A stretch of DNA of 64,000 nt from Bispira polyomma (lineage: Eukaryota), in NCBI GenBank assembly GCA_965649765.1, contig OZ287752.1, forward strand, positions 22,134,001 through 22,198,000, in the 5' to 3' direction. Of this stretch, positions 13,171 to 27,240 are shown one piece after another. Made by a program: the position numbers and the translations under genes. Positions within the stretch are counted from its first letter, which is position 1. Every line of letters begins with the position of its first letter. The notes under the pieces were generated by a model. The model saw nothing but the letters and a program-made list of their open reading frames with translations, made no database searches and was not told where the DNA came from.

Positions 13171-13769
13171 GTAACAAAATTATTTATCATTATCTAGGTT
13201 ATTTTTGTGGTAAACATTTTTGTTAAGGCATTATGGTGAATCTTGAATTGAAATTTCCAGAATAAACAACGAATCACAAATTTGATGATTTTATATATAG
13301 GTACTATTTGTTTGTAGATTATATATTCTGTATTTATGCTTACATTGGTATAATAGTGATTATTGCTGATACACCATTTTCATGTTCAAGAGTGTCAATA
13401 CTACATTGTACCATTGTATTCCAAATAAAAAGTAATTTCTATGGAACAATGTAACAATTCTCAGCTGTGTAGGTAGGCCAAGTAGCTGAGTCATTTTTAT
13501 TAACACAGGCAGTAGTGTTAAAGCTGACGCGAGGGCCACAGGGAGTGGTTTCAATGTTATATGCAAAGTATTTGAAAGTAACTATATTGGTCATTCAGGT
13601 ATGAAAATCTTTCAGGCAATCATATCATCTCAAGGGGAAAAAATGAAAAAAAACTTATATCAGTCAACTTATATATGAGATGATGATGACATAATAGACT
13701 TACTATAACGAAAGCATTAAATTAAGACATTTGATCTGACAAAAAAATGTATTTTAATATTTTGTGTAG

Positions 13770-13852
13770 ATTTCTCGGGAATCGGCATAACCAAAGCGCC
13801 ATGGCTGTTGACTAGCATGATGTCAATATTGGCAACATCTCTGTACATTTGA
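13770..13852 (+). CDS. Terminal coding exon of Ig gene, GPI-anchor-signal-like tail
   Basis: Acceptor tttgtgtag. Phase 1 continues from 9295 to give YFSGIGITKAPWLLTSMMSILATSLYI-stop. Confidence 0.6.
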
Positions 13853-13942
13853 AATCACAAAAGGTAAAATCTTTAATTTAATCTACTGTAACTTAGATAG
13901 TGGTATTTATATAAACAAAACTGGAGAAAAATGACATATTAA

Positions 13943-15175
13943 CCTTTACGAGACCAACTTTTTTGCACCATAGAATGGCAAAAGGGGTCGTTTTTGACCC
14001 AAGAATTAAAAATCTTAAAAATGCAACCCCAAATTGTTAAAACTTACAAACGTATTGATTCTTCTTTATTATGCATTTGGCTATATTGTAATGTATACAT
14101 AAGATCTTTTAAGTAGATTAGAATCACATGAATGCTCCAAACTACAACATTACTAAAAATACTCATAAATTACAACTAATGCTCAAAAGCGTTTTAAATA
14201 TACTGCAAAACACGTAGGATAAATTTTCGAATAATTTGATGTATGTTCTATTTAATCTTAAAATACAGCTTCTGTAATTATTTATGTAATGAAACAAAGT
14301 TAAATAAAATCGACAAAGGGCAGACAAACGGCATATTACATAATATATACACACAGGATACCTTTTTGCCACTGTGGTGTGGATAGAGTGCACCTATTAT
14401 GGTTTCTTTGATTGTGTTAAGGCTCTGGCATTCAAGTAGGACTGGTTCAGTCTCTGGACAAATTGTGTTGTTTTTCTTAATACATGAACCTTGAGTGCTG
14501 CAATATCATACTCCCTGTCAATAAGGTCATCATTAGGCTGATTATGATTTTGGTTTCATTTGTAGCTTCTACCTCTCCCATACCGTCTACTCCTTCCCTG
14601 TCTACTTCCTTTACTATGACCTTGACTATGGCCCTGAGTATAACCTGATGTTTTTATTTCACCTTGTTGTGGGTTTGCTTGAACCGCTTGATTTACCATA
14701 GCTGGACAAGTGCATTAACAGTCTCAGTTTATTCTGAAGTATCTGATATGAGATCAAGATATTCATGCCATAAACTGTTACTATCTGTAAGACTACTGTC
14801 AGAATCTTTCTGTTTCTCTAAAATTTGCCCCAAAACCTTAGCCAACTCTAATTCTTGCTACTGCAGATCTGTTTGTATAATGTATATCTATAAATAACCT
14901 CAGTTTACCAAAACAATATATTATACATTCAAAAATGTTACCATTTATACATAGTTGTTCAAACGGTTATACTCGAGTCACTTATGACCCTGTTTAAGTT
15001 TAAATTACCCAAGGTCAAATTGCTAAATACTCCTGAAACAAAAAAAAATAAAGTGTATCAATATTTATAGTTAGACAAAGTCATATAATATGACGATTTT
15101 CATCAAGTTTAATTATAACTCTGAACAAAACTATGTGTCTTGGGTCCTAAATGACTCCAGTCGGTCGCTTGAGGG
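13943..15175. mobile_element. Non-autonomous piggyBac-like element
   Basis: Ends read TTAA|CCTTTACGAGACCAAC ... GTCGGTCGCTTGAGGG|TTAT, with subterminal GGGTC-n-GACCC palindromes at about 13985 and 15142. An empty-site paralogue is present at about 16175-16225. Confidence 0.7.
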
Positions 15176-16099
15176 TTATTTACCGTGACATTGATTCAAC
15201 TTCCCAATCATCTAAATTCTAAAGTTTTTTGCATTGGTATCCGTTCTTACATGTGGATAATATTAATAGTGAAATTTAGTATCTTTTTGGAAATAAATTT
15301 TCAGTTTAAAAATTTCTAAAAATGTTCATACTTGACAATAAGGTAGATCAGTAGTAGTGTCTGCGTCAATACAAACACAATTAACTATTTCATACAATAA
15401 TCATTTTAGAATTGCCAATTATTTGCTCGTATTAATTTTTTACATTTTAGAATACTCATTTTTCTTGCATATGAATAAAGTTATCACGTGAAATTTACAT
15501 ATTTTCAGCAAGATGGTCCCAGCTTACAAAGATACCAATTTCCCACATTGAATGTATCACAGAAACTCAAAATAGGACCATTGGAAGTGGAAAGTTATGG
15601 ATGTATTAAGCCTCAACCGGTGTTGAAGCCAACACACAATTATGCACGTTTATGTGATGTTCATTGCCAGTCCCAGTAGACATCTTGCACTTTAGAATAG
15701 ACACGTTGTTATTTGCACACTGTATGGGTGTTTCAGTTATTCGTCGAGAAGTAGTCTCTTCCAGGCTTTAACTCATTCAATAATAAGGGGGTTCCTTTTT
15801 GTAGTGGCAATTCATGTTGGTCCTCAGAGCATGATCTTTAAAGTTTTGTATGACTATGTGGCCTGCAGTAGGCTTTAATTTATATTATGGCTAGTTCTGT
15901 TATTATATCAGGAAGATTACTCTGTCATGTTTGTGTATAGCCTGTGCGGGGCTTAAAATTTTATTATATTAAATTTTAACATTTTTCATTTGTGAACTTG
16001 TACATAAATAATAACTTGTAAAATAAAACCTCAAATGAAATATTTTATTGTTTTTAACTAAACTTACTTTTAACGTCACTACTTACCTTATCATCAGTG

Positions 16100-16264
16100 G
16101 ATTGGATGATGACTAGCATGATGTCAATAATGGCAATGTATCTGTTTAGTGATATCTAAAAACAAAACTAAACAAAAATGACACATTATTTACTATAACA
16201 TTTATTCAAGTTACCAATTATCTATACTACTGTTATTTTACATTAGTATCCATTCTCACATGTG
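16100..16264 (+). pseudogene. Partial duplicate of the Ig gene terminal exon and flanking intron
   Basis: tgactagcatgatgtcaata matches 13809-13828. The following DNA matches 13913-13940 joined directly to 15176-15255. Confidence 0.65.
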
Positions 16265-16265
16265 A

Positions 16266-17393
16266 TCTCTAGTCGTACCGCAAATTCCTCAAGATGCCCC
16301 TGATGTATTGCAGGAGAAGCAGAGGAGGGTGGGGCACAGGACACAGAGACACACCACCTCGTACAGGAAGGCACTGGCCCCTGGACTCAAGATAGCCATC
16401 ACTTTGAGGCATTTGGGTACTGGGGAGTCCTTCACATTGCAGCAGTACTTGCTCATAGTGGGCAGGTCAACCATAACCAAGCTTGTGCCAGAAGGCCAGC
16501 CCATCATTGAAGGCCAGCCCATCATTGACAAGTACCAGAAAGAATTCATCACATGCCCCACCAGCCCCGAGGAGTAGAAGAAGGTCGAGTTTGTGTTTCG
16601 GAACACATGGAACATTCCCAATAGCCTAGGGACCATAGAGGGCAAAAACAATGCTAGGAGATGCCCAAGGAAAGGTGGGAGTGAGTTCTTCAACTACAAG
16701 GGGGTACCACTCAATCGTCATGCTTTCCCTGGTAGATGGGGATTACCATTCCCTGTGGGTCGACATTGGTTCAAATGGCTCAGGCTTGGATGTCCAGGTT
16801 TTTAACAGATTCGGACTTTAGGAGAAAATAGAGGACCACTCAACCAACTCCCCCCCCACCCGAAACCATTAGCCCCATTAGAGCCCTGTCCCCTAGGAGA
16901 TGACGCGTTTGCCCTAAAGGCATGGTTAATGAAACCCTACTCTCGATGGACATGAACAAAAGGTTATACAATTATGGGATCTCCAGAGGCCGAAGGGTGG
17001 TCAAAAATGCACTTGGGATTTTTGTTCAAAGATTCCAGGTGGGTCTGTCAACGATTTTAGCATGTGTGGTCCAGCACAATGTGATGAGGGTCGCAGCTGT
17101 CAAAATGGCTAACCCAGGTAATCCGGAACATGACCCACCTGTACCACCCATAGCAGTACATGTTTGAGGACACTACCTAACCAACTGTAGAAATCCCAGC
17201 AGGGCAGCAAAATAACGGAGAAAAAAACCCCATAAAAACCCCTTATGACAAAAAGAAGCATACAGCGTCCACAAATAACTTATCACACATATAGACAAAA
17301 AATACTTGCCCCCCTGCCCACACACACATATAATTTTAAAGTCCAACCCCAAGGTGCCTCTGGGAGAAACAACACTCTAATATTAAACAAGCC

Positions 17394-17424
<31 letters not shown>

Positions 17425-19909
17425 ACACACTTAAGTATATTAAAAATTCAAAAGCTTACTGGGTCCACATAAGGGTACTTAACTCAACATAGTTCTACTT
17501 GGGAGGTTTCTACATAAAGAGTGCCTGACTCAACAGAATTCTACTTGGGAGGGTTTCCATATATTTATAAAGGGGATGTGAAAGTCACATTTCTACTTTG
17601 GGGTTGTTTCTCGTATTGCATTTTTTTTTTTTAATAATTTGTTTTGGGGCCAAGTATTTTCCTTCTGGGGTGTATTTTGGGCAAACCTCTACTGGGAGGA
17701 TTTGTAAGTTTAAAAGTTAACCATTTATTTTGTATTTATGTGTGTGTGTGGAGGGGTATTTTTTATTTGTGTTGGGGACAGTATCATTTTTTCAACAACG
17801 GCTCAAAACAGTATCAATTTTTTAACAACAGCTCAAAACTTTGTTCTTGGATGTTTTGGGTGGCATCACTGGTTGGAGTATTCAGGGTAGAATCCGTTTG
17901 CTGTGTATCTGGATTAAGAGATGTGAACGGCTCAGGAGTGTCTATGTTCTGGTAGCTGAGACTGTCAGTCACTGACTCAAAACCTCTGAGGAGAGATGAA
18001 GCTGTCGAGGCATTCAGTATGTCTGATACTCTTTCCACTGACACTTGGTTTGTATACTGCTAGCTGGTGCTGGCTACGGCGCTTCCAGATGTTATAACAG
18101 GTGATGCGGTGTGTGGGACCAGAACTTTTGACTATGCCTGATAGGTGAGAGCTGAATAGGTAACTCTAAGATAGGGTTGCTGGGTTTGCTGATAGATGTA
18201 GTGTGGTTGTGGCTGTTGAGGTACAAAGGTGGGTGGGTTCATCTGGTATTAAATCTGGGGTTGTGGCTGGTAGTGCTGATGCTTCTGAAAGTGTGGCACT
18301 GCTTGTGCGGTGGTCACTCGGTCCTGGATAGTGCTCACAATGTTGAATGCCTTTCTTCTGAAATGGTTGAAATGTTCATCTGGTAATTTATTGGCCTCCA
18401 ATGTCAACCAGTTGAGAAATGCCCCCTGAGTCCCTCAGTCTTGGGCTTGATGTCATCCTTTAAGAAGCCTGAGATGGTGTCATGCATCGTGGCCAGCGTG
18501 TCTCTCAGTTTACTGAACAGTGCTCAAATTGTCGATTCTCCTCATCCTGTGCTTTCATATGCTCATTTTTCTTCCTCTCCTTGGTCTTTCTCTTTAGTGC
18601 CATGATGCTTAAAATTACTTAGATTTTCTCTAATAACTATAATATTTTATTCTAAGAAATAACAACAAAGTCATATTCTCAATAATAATCTCTGTCTGTA
18701 GAGTTGTAGAATTGTTGTGAAGTCTCAAAGATGCTGTAGCTCAATGAATGTAGATTGCTGTCACTGGCCCCCTTAAGTGGTGGTTACACATTCAAGTTTG
18801 ATCGGCAAAATGGGCACGACTTTGAGATTGGAGTGCTCGGGGCAAAAAAAAAAATCAATAAAATACATTTTTTGGGTGGCAAAATGAAAATGTGGGGCGA
18901 TCGAACTGATTGCGCCCCATTTTGATAGAACACCGACAACAATCAAACTTGAGGTCCGTACTAAAACTTCCCCCTCCTCCCTGACTCAGGTTAGGGTTGA
19001 ACTTACTTGCAGTAGGATGTGACGTATCGCCCTAGGATCGAACGTATCGGCAATACAATCTGAGGGATTCATAACCCAGACCATCAAAATCAAACTTCCT
19101 AAAAATCAAAGTCTGGACATTTAAAATTGTTTTAAAATAGTTATTGGATATAATTACCAAGACTTGTTTCAAAATATAAGTAAGTGCAATTTTATTTATA
19201 CATTTGCTATAATCTTACAATTTTACTCCATTAGCGTTCCAATTAAAGTCTGTTCTAATCAGTGTCCACCGGTGTATGTTCTTCTTGACCACCCGACCAA
19301 TACCTTTTGACAGGCTAGTGTTAGGACAGGCCTGGAGTGAGATATCAGAACGTATTGTCAAAAGGATCGAATTTCTTTGCCGGTGCCAACCTTCCCGTTT
19401 TTAGAGGTCCGGGACATCATTTGGGGACTTTTACAAAATATGAATTGTTCTCACAAGTTATCTTTTCACTCGGCTGGCACCAACGACTTATCGTTTGTTT
19501 GGCCCGACCTACCTATATGATCAGGGCTTCACTAACAACTAATTTTTTGATTTCGTAAGTTATCTTTGCAATCAGGGGCAAACAAATAAAAAGATAAGAT
19601 AACTCGTAATGCCCCCGACCTATCTTTATGATGGAAAGATAAATCAGGATGTATTTCCAAACTATTAAGGGAAATATTAAAAAATACGTTGTTAGAAGGT
19701 AACGATAAGTCGTTAGTGGGTTATGATTGGCCCGGAAATGTCTCAATTGATCTGCCGTGCCACCCTTATTTGCGCAAAAATGTTTGAAGCCTCTGCGACC
19801 TCCCTGATTGGAAACGATGTCTTTTGAAGCCCCCGACCTCCCCAATAATTGCTCTGATCTTATAATCGTACCGATCGGGGGCTATGATTGGCATAGTGGA
19901 ACAGGGGTA
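16266..19909 (+). mobile_element. Degenerate, 5'-truncated PIF/Harbinger transposon
   Basis: Transposase fragments YRKALAPGLKIAITLRHLGTGESF, WNIPNSLGTIEGK...FFNYKG, GDDAFAL and YNYGISRGRRVVKNALGI. The right end reads tagtggaacaggggta|TTA. Confidence 0.85.
18775..19120 (+). mobile_element. Nested fragment homologous to the left subterminal region of the 9500-13170 element
   Basis: tcaagtttgatcggcaaaatggg...aaatgaaaatgtggggcga...tgacgtatcgc matches 9509-9850. Confidence 0.65.
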
Positions 19910-21489
19910 TTACAGATAGTGGATCAATAACATTTTGTGGTTGACCCTATTGCTAGCCAATGGGTATATAGGTCACTCGTAATTTGAATGACAGCACGGG
20001 GCAGCACTGACCTTAATATCCCTTGTGGGATACCTTTCACATGATTGACTTTGAAAGAATGTATGATAGTCAGTTGCTTTTAAAATCAGGGATCTCTGAA
20101 CACTTAAAAAATAGTAGTAGCTGTAAGAACGTGAAAAAAATATTGGTAATAGAATAGAGAAAAAATAAAAGGCAAAATATGTAGAAAGAAATACACATGG
20201 GGTACTTCTTTACACTCGATATTTTACAAGCACTAGCACTTTTGTAAAATGTTATAAGGCATCTTTGTTTAATAATAAAGTTTTGTTCCAATCCAAATGA
20301 CATGCTCATGTAAATGTAGCTCAATAGAAAAATATGCGACTACAAATAAAAAAACACAGTCTGGATAATTCAATATAGTTGAGAGGTTATACACACTCAC
20401 TCATGATGAACTCTAATGCGAGTTCTAGCTATCTGAAATAATAATACTGTTAGTAATAAATATCAGAGGATAATACATAAAATAGACTTTCAACTCAATA
20501 ATACTTCTACTCCTATGTTAGTCTGTATTGATATACCCTGCAATGTATCGAATAAATCAATGCGTTGTCAGACAATTTTGTACAAGTCCTTTCTTGGTTT
20601 GGCTAAATGTAACTTGTGTAAACATACTTGAAATGCAGGAAATGGCTTGACATTAAGTTTACCCTTAGCGCAGTCTATTGTTAGGAATAATTATGCTAGT
20701 TTTTATAAGGATATCGAGCTATGCAATTTTTAAACTACCTGATTTTATCATCAATCTTTATACTACTCAACCTCTAAATCGAATGAATTTTTATTAAGTA
20801 ATATACTTAAGTATATAAATATATAGTCCCTTTTTCCAACTATTTGTGTTTGCAGAAAGAGCAAGTGTTAATTGATCTGGCTATGGAATAACTTAAATTG
20901 AAACTACTCATAACCTCAATGTATGCATGTACAAAGAAGAGGACAGAGTGTGTGTTCAAATTCTTGACTGTAATCAAATTCTACATAAAACTGATATATT
21001 ATATTCAGTCAAAAGAGAAGATCTTTAAAAGTGTAGTAGAAAATAGCCTTTCTGGGACAACTGGGGGTGTTTTAACCTTGAAGTGTTTGGTCATTCCCAT
21101 GTACCTAGTTAGTATGAATTGCAACTAGGTGCTTGCCATGTAAGTGTTGGTGTTGTAAATTGTTTTCACATTTTATTGGATCAAGATATTTTATATTATG
21201 TTTATGAGAAATAATAAACTAAGATGCTTCATATCTCTTGACTTGCTTTAGACTTCAATGACCTTGGTCTTATATTTCGATTGGTTAGTGAACCCCCCAT
21301 TTCTCTCCATTTAATAGACACATTCTTGTCCACTTCACGCCGTGTATTACTGGCAAGCAGGTGACCAAATTTCCCTATTCATTTCTACTAAAATTACGAA
21401 AAAATTATTTTATCAATAAATGTATGTGAAGGCAAGACGTGTCATTTGAAATTTTAAAATGATACCTGAATTGCCTGTACTACAGTGTG

Positions 21490-22035
21490 GGGGATATAGA
21501 CAGACACGGGGTGGATTCAGACACTGGGGTGGATTTTGACTGTGGATAGATATAGACATGGTAGTGGATTTTTACATGGGGTGGATTCAGGCATGGGGGT
21601 GGATATAGACTCACAGGTGGATTTAAACACGGGGTGGATATAGACACAGGGGGTGGATATAGACTCAGGGGTGGATATATACACGGTGGTGGATTTAGAC
21701 ACTGGGGTTGATTTAGACTCAGAGGTGGATTTGGACACGGAGGTTGATATACACACTTTGGTGGATTTAGACACTGGGGTTGATTTAGACACGGGGGTGT
21801 ATATAGAAATGGAGGACAATTTAGATACAGGGGGTGGATATAGACACGGGGGTGGATTTATACACGGGGTGTTTATAGACACGGGGTGATTATATACACA
21901 GGACGGGGGTGGATATAGACATGGGGATGTATATACACACACAGAGATTAATAAAGACACGGGATAGGGTGAATATAGACACGACGGTGGTTTGGAACAC
22001 AGGCTTTTATGATCAGAGTAATTTATAAACATGGG
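21490..22035. repeat. Minisatellite, about 18-bp unit (GGGGTGGATWTAGACAC-like)
   Basis: More than 20 imperfect tandem copies, which produce the spurious GVDLDT-repeat ORFs. Confidence 0.9.
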
Positions 22036-25000
22036 GCTAATTATTTTTTGTCATGCAAAATTATGGTCACAGAGATTTATAGGCATTTAAAGATCATTTT
22101 TTTTTTATAGACACATGCTTATATGGTGTGATACAAAGTAATTTTGTAGTAAAGACAGGTTATATTTGATTTATTTTATGCAATTCTTTTATATGTTAAT
22201 ATATGAATACATAAATATGGTTGCCCAGTCCACATGGGCTCATAAGTCACTTTTTAGTTTATTACGTAATTTTGTTGTGTGACAGAACATGTTCACATTT
22301 TCATTATTTTGCGGCTAATAAATATTACATTCCCAAACTTAAGTTTAGTTTTGATAATTATTTTACATTATATAACATAGTATTTTAAAGACAAGGCTTT
22401 TGGATGCTTTGAATGGGGTTTGTATATTGAATATAAATAAAGGTTTACTGAACATTTAATTTTAAAGAAGTCTTCTAAAGAGCTTTGTTCTAATCGACTC
22501 TTGACCAAGCACATTGACTAGTCAGCTTCATAATTATAATATATAATAAAGTTTAGATATTGGCACTGTTATTTTTAAAAAGTTAGTCAATTTTCGTATC
22601 GCCCAGGCCCTGACATAATTCATAGTTTTAGAAACTACCATTCAAAACGAATTTAAGAACCAAATTGAAACATCGAGGTGTGCCATATTGGCTAGAATGC
22701 TAAAAACTGTGATTAAACTTCAAAATATATAAAAATTAAAAGGAGAAAATGGTGATTTCTTACTTCCAAATAAAGTCTGCGTCATAATGGATGGATTGTA
22801 TGTTTTAATTTGTGTCCGCTGACTAAAAGCACATACCCTGTAACACACTTTAAAAACCTGGTTCACAAACACAGTACAGTACTTATTTAATAGGGTTAAT
22901 TTTATTAACCATAGGTACACAGATGAAAAAATCAAATCCAGAGAAATTATCACTGTTATCAGTTAATTCTAAAGCATTATATACTTCACTGTCATCATGA
23001 GCAGGGAATCTTTTGATGTGCTCAGATTTGTGATGGTGTTATGGTTGCTTATTGTGCAACTTGTGAAAATTTAATTGAATATTTTAAGACAGCTCAGATT
23101 TAAAGTTGTATTCATTCTTCGCATGGAATAATATTCAACAAATATAACCATATTGCTATTTGTAAATATTACAATTGGAATAATTCAATAAATTACATTG
23201 TAATTATTATGTCAATACTGGGTCTTTAGTTTTGTATGCTCATTCACTTAGACTGGAGGCTTCCAATGTCATTAGAGGTATTTATAGTATTATAACACTA
23301 TAAGTAATGATAAAGGAAACGTCTAAGTGACAATACATCAAAAGGTTGTTTTACTAAAATATGATAGCTACTAATGCACCAGATGGCACAGCCGAATAGG
23401 TGATTAACATCAAATTTGACACACAATGACATTTAAATATAAGAATTATGTGTATCATAAATCAGACACTCTAACTATTATTAAACGTTGTGTCAGTTAT
23501 CATAAATATTGAAATATCCATTTGTAGACGTGTTGAATACGTTTTGTTGATTTCTCTGAACTTCTTAACTAAAACTGATTGACTTTAGCTAACTGTAGGC
23601 CCGTTGGGGCATTCAGATTTTCTTTGATGTTTTTATTTGCCACAACGAATTTGTATAAAGACTACAGTTTAATCTCCCAATAACAGTGTTTAATAACATT
23701 CAACCTCTATCCAAAGACCACCGGTCAATTAAGACCATTTTGGAAGGCTCCCTTATGTGGTCTTTATATACAAGGTTTACTGCAATTGTATATATCTGCT
23801 GTGAATTACTGACATAATATTTGTAGATTTGGCCAGATAATATAATTAATCTATAATACAACATGGTTTTATTATTTGTAATAATTTTCTGCTATTATTA
23901 TCTAATACAGAATTAATAATGTAGGCTAAGACTTAATTTTATATCTGCCTGTTAAGTTCACAGTTAAATGATACAATAAAGTTTTGTACTGTTTATGATT
24001 AAGCCTCTCTTATTAATTTGGCAGAAAGAGTTTAAAGAGTCATTTTAAATACATTTATCTGGACATATGCGTATATTATCACGTTAATTATAAAGAAAAA
24101 ACTATTCAAAAATAAAAAAGGATTTCACAAAGAAGGGAATAATCTAATAAGTCCAACTTTTTTTTGCATTTACATCAATAGTTATGAATCATCCAGTTGT
24201 ACAAAAATATTTAATAACCCAGTACGAGTTCACCTAAATGTTTCACTTGTATGTGCATATCCTCATGAATATAATAAAATACTAATATACATATTGATAT
24301 GAAGTAAAAATTAAATTTCAGAACAAATGAACCCTTTATTTTTTTGTATTATCTAATAAGACAGTTATTGCAATAGAGAAGTACCTTAAGGAATCAGTTT
24401 GCCGGGGTTGGAACTAAGTTTTATTATCTGACAAGTGCACTGCCTTAGGATGTAAAACAATGAAAAGACTTGCGGTAAAATTTATTAGTGATAGCATGTT
24501 AATGACTAATTTGTATATGTGCAGTTTTAGCTTTTAAATTTTGGTATAAGGTCAACATAAGTAAAGCACCTTTGCATTTAAGGGTGTCATAAGGTCACCT
24601 CAAATTTGAGTTAAGTTTAGCATAAGGTCACCTTATATTTAGATTAATTTGCCAAAGGGGAAACTAAGGTGACCATAAATTAAAGTATGGGCACCATAAG
24701 GTGCCCCTAACTTGAGTTTAAGAAGCGTGTTAATTTTGAGGGTATGCAAGATAAGGGGCAACCTCAGGCAACCCGACTAGTTAGCAGTGAATCAGCTGGA
24801 TGCATGCCTAAACATTACAAAAATAGACAACAAATAATATAGATTTATATTGTTGTATCTACTTCAAGTAGTCTTTCGTCGGCATGGAGCCAAATGACAG
24901 AACCGGTGTTGTGCCGTTTTTTGCATCCCCCATAAAATGCATCAGGGGTGTACACATCTACAAATGGATATTTCAATATTTATGATAACTATTATGCACC

Positions 25001-25155
25001 CCCTGCCATATTTTACACCCCCTGCCATATTTTGCACCCCTTCTAAAATGTTGACACTGGACATGTATTTTTAATTTCTATTCTAACCTTTTATATTTTC
25101 TGTTCTAATTTTTATACTTTCTAATCGGTATTTTTTTTGTTATAAATAATTACAG

Positions 25156-26435
25156 ATATCGATAGGCCTAAAACAAGGTCAACCACTGATTTCCTTATGG
25201 GAAATTCAAAAATAAATTTAGTAAACCAATACAAATACCTAGGTGTTACTTTGCATGAATACCTAGACTACATTGTTTGTGCAAAAGAGCTTGCTGATGC
25301 TGGGGGTCGTGCGCTTGGAGGATTAATAACTAAATTTAAAAATTATGAAAATACTGGCTTTTCAACATTTACTAAGTTATATGAAAGTGGTGTTATTCCA
25401 ATTACAGATTATTGTAGTAGTGTCTGGGGATACTCAAAAACAAAATATGTAGAGAAGATCCAAAACAGAGCAATTCGCTACTTTCTAGGTGTTCATCCCA
25501 AAACGGCACTCGATTTTTTACATGGAGACACGGGATGGCTACAACCTAAATATAGAATATATCTTAATATCATTAAATTCTATAATAGACTACTTAAAAT
25601 GGACAATGAGAGACTGACATACAATATTTTTTAATTTGATTTACAGAATATTTCTAATAACAGTTGGTGTGGCGACTTAGAAAAAATATTGACTGAGTTA
25701 AATCTGCAGGAAAATTTACTTTTAGGAAAAGCTGTTGACTTGGAGTACGCTATAGAAAAACTGTTTTGCCTAAATTATTATGACTGGCAAGAAAGTTTAG
25801 TAACCAAACCAAAATTAAGAACATATTCAAAATATAAAAGTCACCTGGATACGGAAATGTATGTGTCACAGAATCTTAAAAGATATCAGAGGTCTCTCAT
25901 TGCCCAGTTAAGATCAGGAACACTTAAGCTAGCAGTAGAGATGGGTAGATACAAGAAAAAAAGAGTTATCAAGTAGAATATGTACATTATGCGATTTGGG
26001 AATTGTGGAAGATGAACAACACTTTCTTATTGATTGCCCATTGTATAATTATGATAGGAAAATTTTCTTTGACTATGTAAGGGAACACGTCAATGTTGAT
26101 TTCTCTCATCTAACGTCTGAAGAAAAAATTATTGAGTTAATGTCTTTTAGTGATCTAAATCTGAAAAAATTTGCTAAATTTTTATGCGATATATGGGAAT
26201 TAAGAAAATCGAAATTGTTTACAGAAAGTATTTAGTCTGATAATGTGGAACTCTTGTTACTTTTGATCGGGTTAATTTGTTTATGTACTCACACACTTAT
26301 AAATTTGTATTTGATTGTGAAGCTGACTTATAAGCCTTTTAGGCTGAGTGCTATGTTTTAAACCATTGTGATTTGTAAAATACATTTGTATAGCATGTTG
26401 TCAGTATAATAAAAAAAATTATCTATCTATCTATC
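25156..26435 (+). mobile_element. 5'-truncated non-LTR retrotransposon (RTE-X-like) 3' end
   Basis: YKYLGV (RT thumb) and LYESGVIPITDYCSSVWG are present, followed by RSLIAQLRSGTLKLAVEMGRY...CTLC..VEDEQHFLIDCPLY (CCHC). It ends in aataaa plus a (CTAT)n tail and carries a stop and a frameshift. Confidence 0.85.
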
Positions 26436-26649
26436 GAGTCATTGAGTAAGGTATAATTTATCAATGCTTTGAGATATCTAACTTAAAAGTGATAAGGAAT
26501 TCATTGAGTCTATTATTAATTGGATAATAGATCTGTGATTAATTAGAGCTTTTATTATAGTATGATTTGGCTTCTTGGTTGTAACTTTACTGGGGCACTT
26601 ATCAATTTATGAGAGCTTGGACATATGACTTTATAAGATTATGTTATAT

Positions 26650-27240
26650 AAAGACCTCAACTACAACTAACAGAGATTATCTTAATGAGATTAAACAGGG
26701 TTGGCCTTGCTGTATTTTTGATGAGTTAATTGGATTTTTTGTATGCACACAAGTTATAGGGGCTTCTGACCTAGAGTTTGTTTGTGTATTGGATGACTTT
26801 TGATTGGAAGAAGAAGGGATCAAGCATGGTAGGGTTATTAAGACTTGATTAGTGTGTGATTAGTTAATTGGATTGTGGTCTTGGGTTACCTTTGATAGGA
26901 AGAAGACAGGAATCAAGCAGGGTAGGCTTATTATAACTTGATTAGTATGTTAATTGGATAGTGGTCTTGTCTATTGTCAATGCACTACCTCAGGTCATTG
27001 AATTAATATCAAATGGGAAGGGGACAGTGATGAATGTGGCTTCCCATTGTACATGTATCTAGTTATAATCCAGTTGTGGTGGTTTTTTTGTATGTCAATA
27101 AGCTATGGTGGCTTCTGACCTTTTACCTTAAGCTTGTTTGTGTATTGGGTAACCTTTTGATAGAGACAAAACATGGATTAAGCAGGGTTTATTAAGACTT
27201 GATTAGTATGTGATTAGTTAATTGAATTGTGGCTTTTGTC
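26650..27240. repeat. Imperfect local direct repeats of about 100 bp
   Basis: atcaagcagggtagg...ttattaagacttgattagtrtgtgattagttaattggattgtgg recurs near 26820, 26911 and 27178. Confidence 0.6.

Noticed and set aside
21517-22032. 171-aa and 78-aa repetitive ORFs
   Set aside because: They are by-products of the 18-bp minisatellite, with no splice or domain support.
20060-23600. Faint LINE-like traces on the minus strand (about 20060-20760 and 23100-23570)
   Set aside because: Too degenerate to support a family or boundaries by eye.
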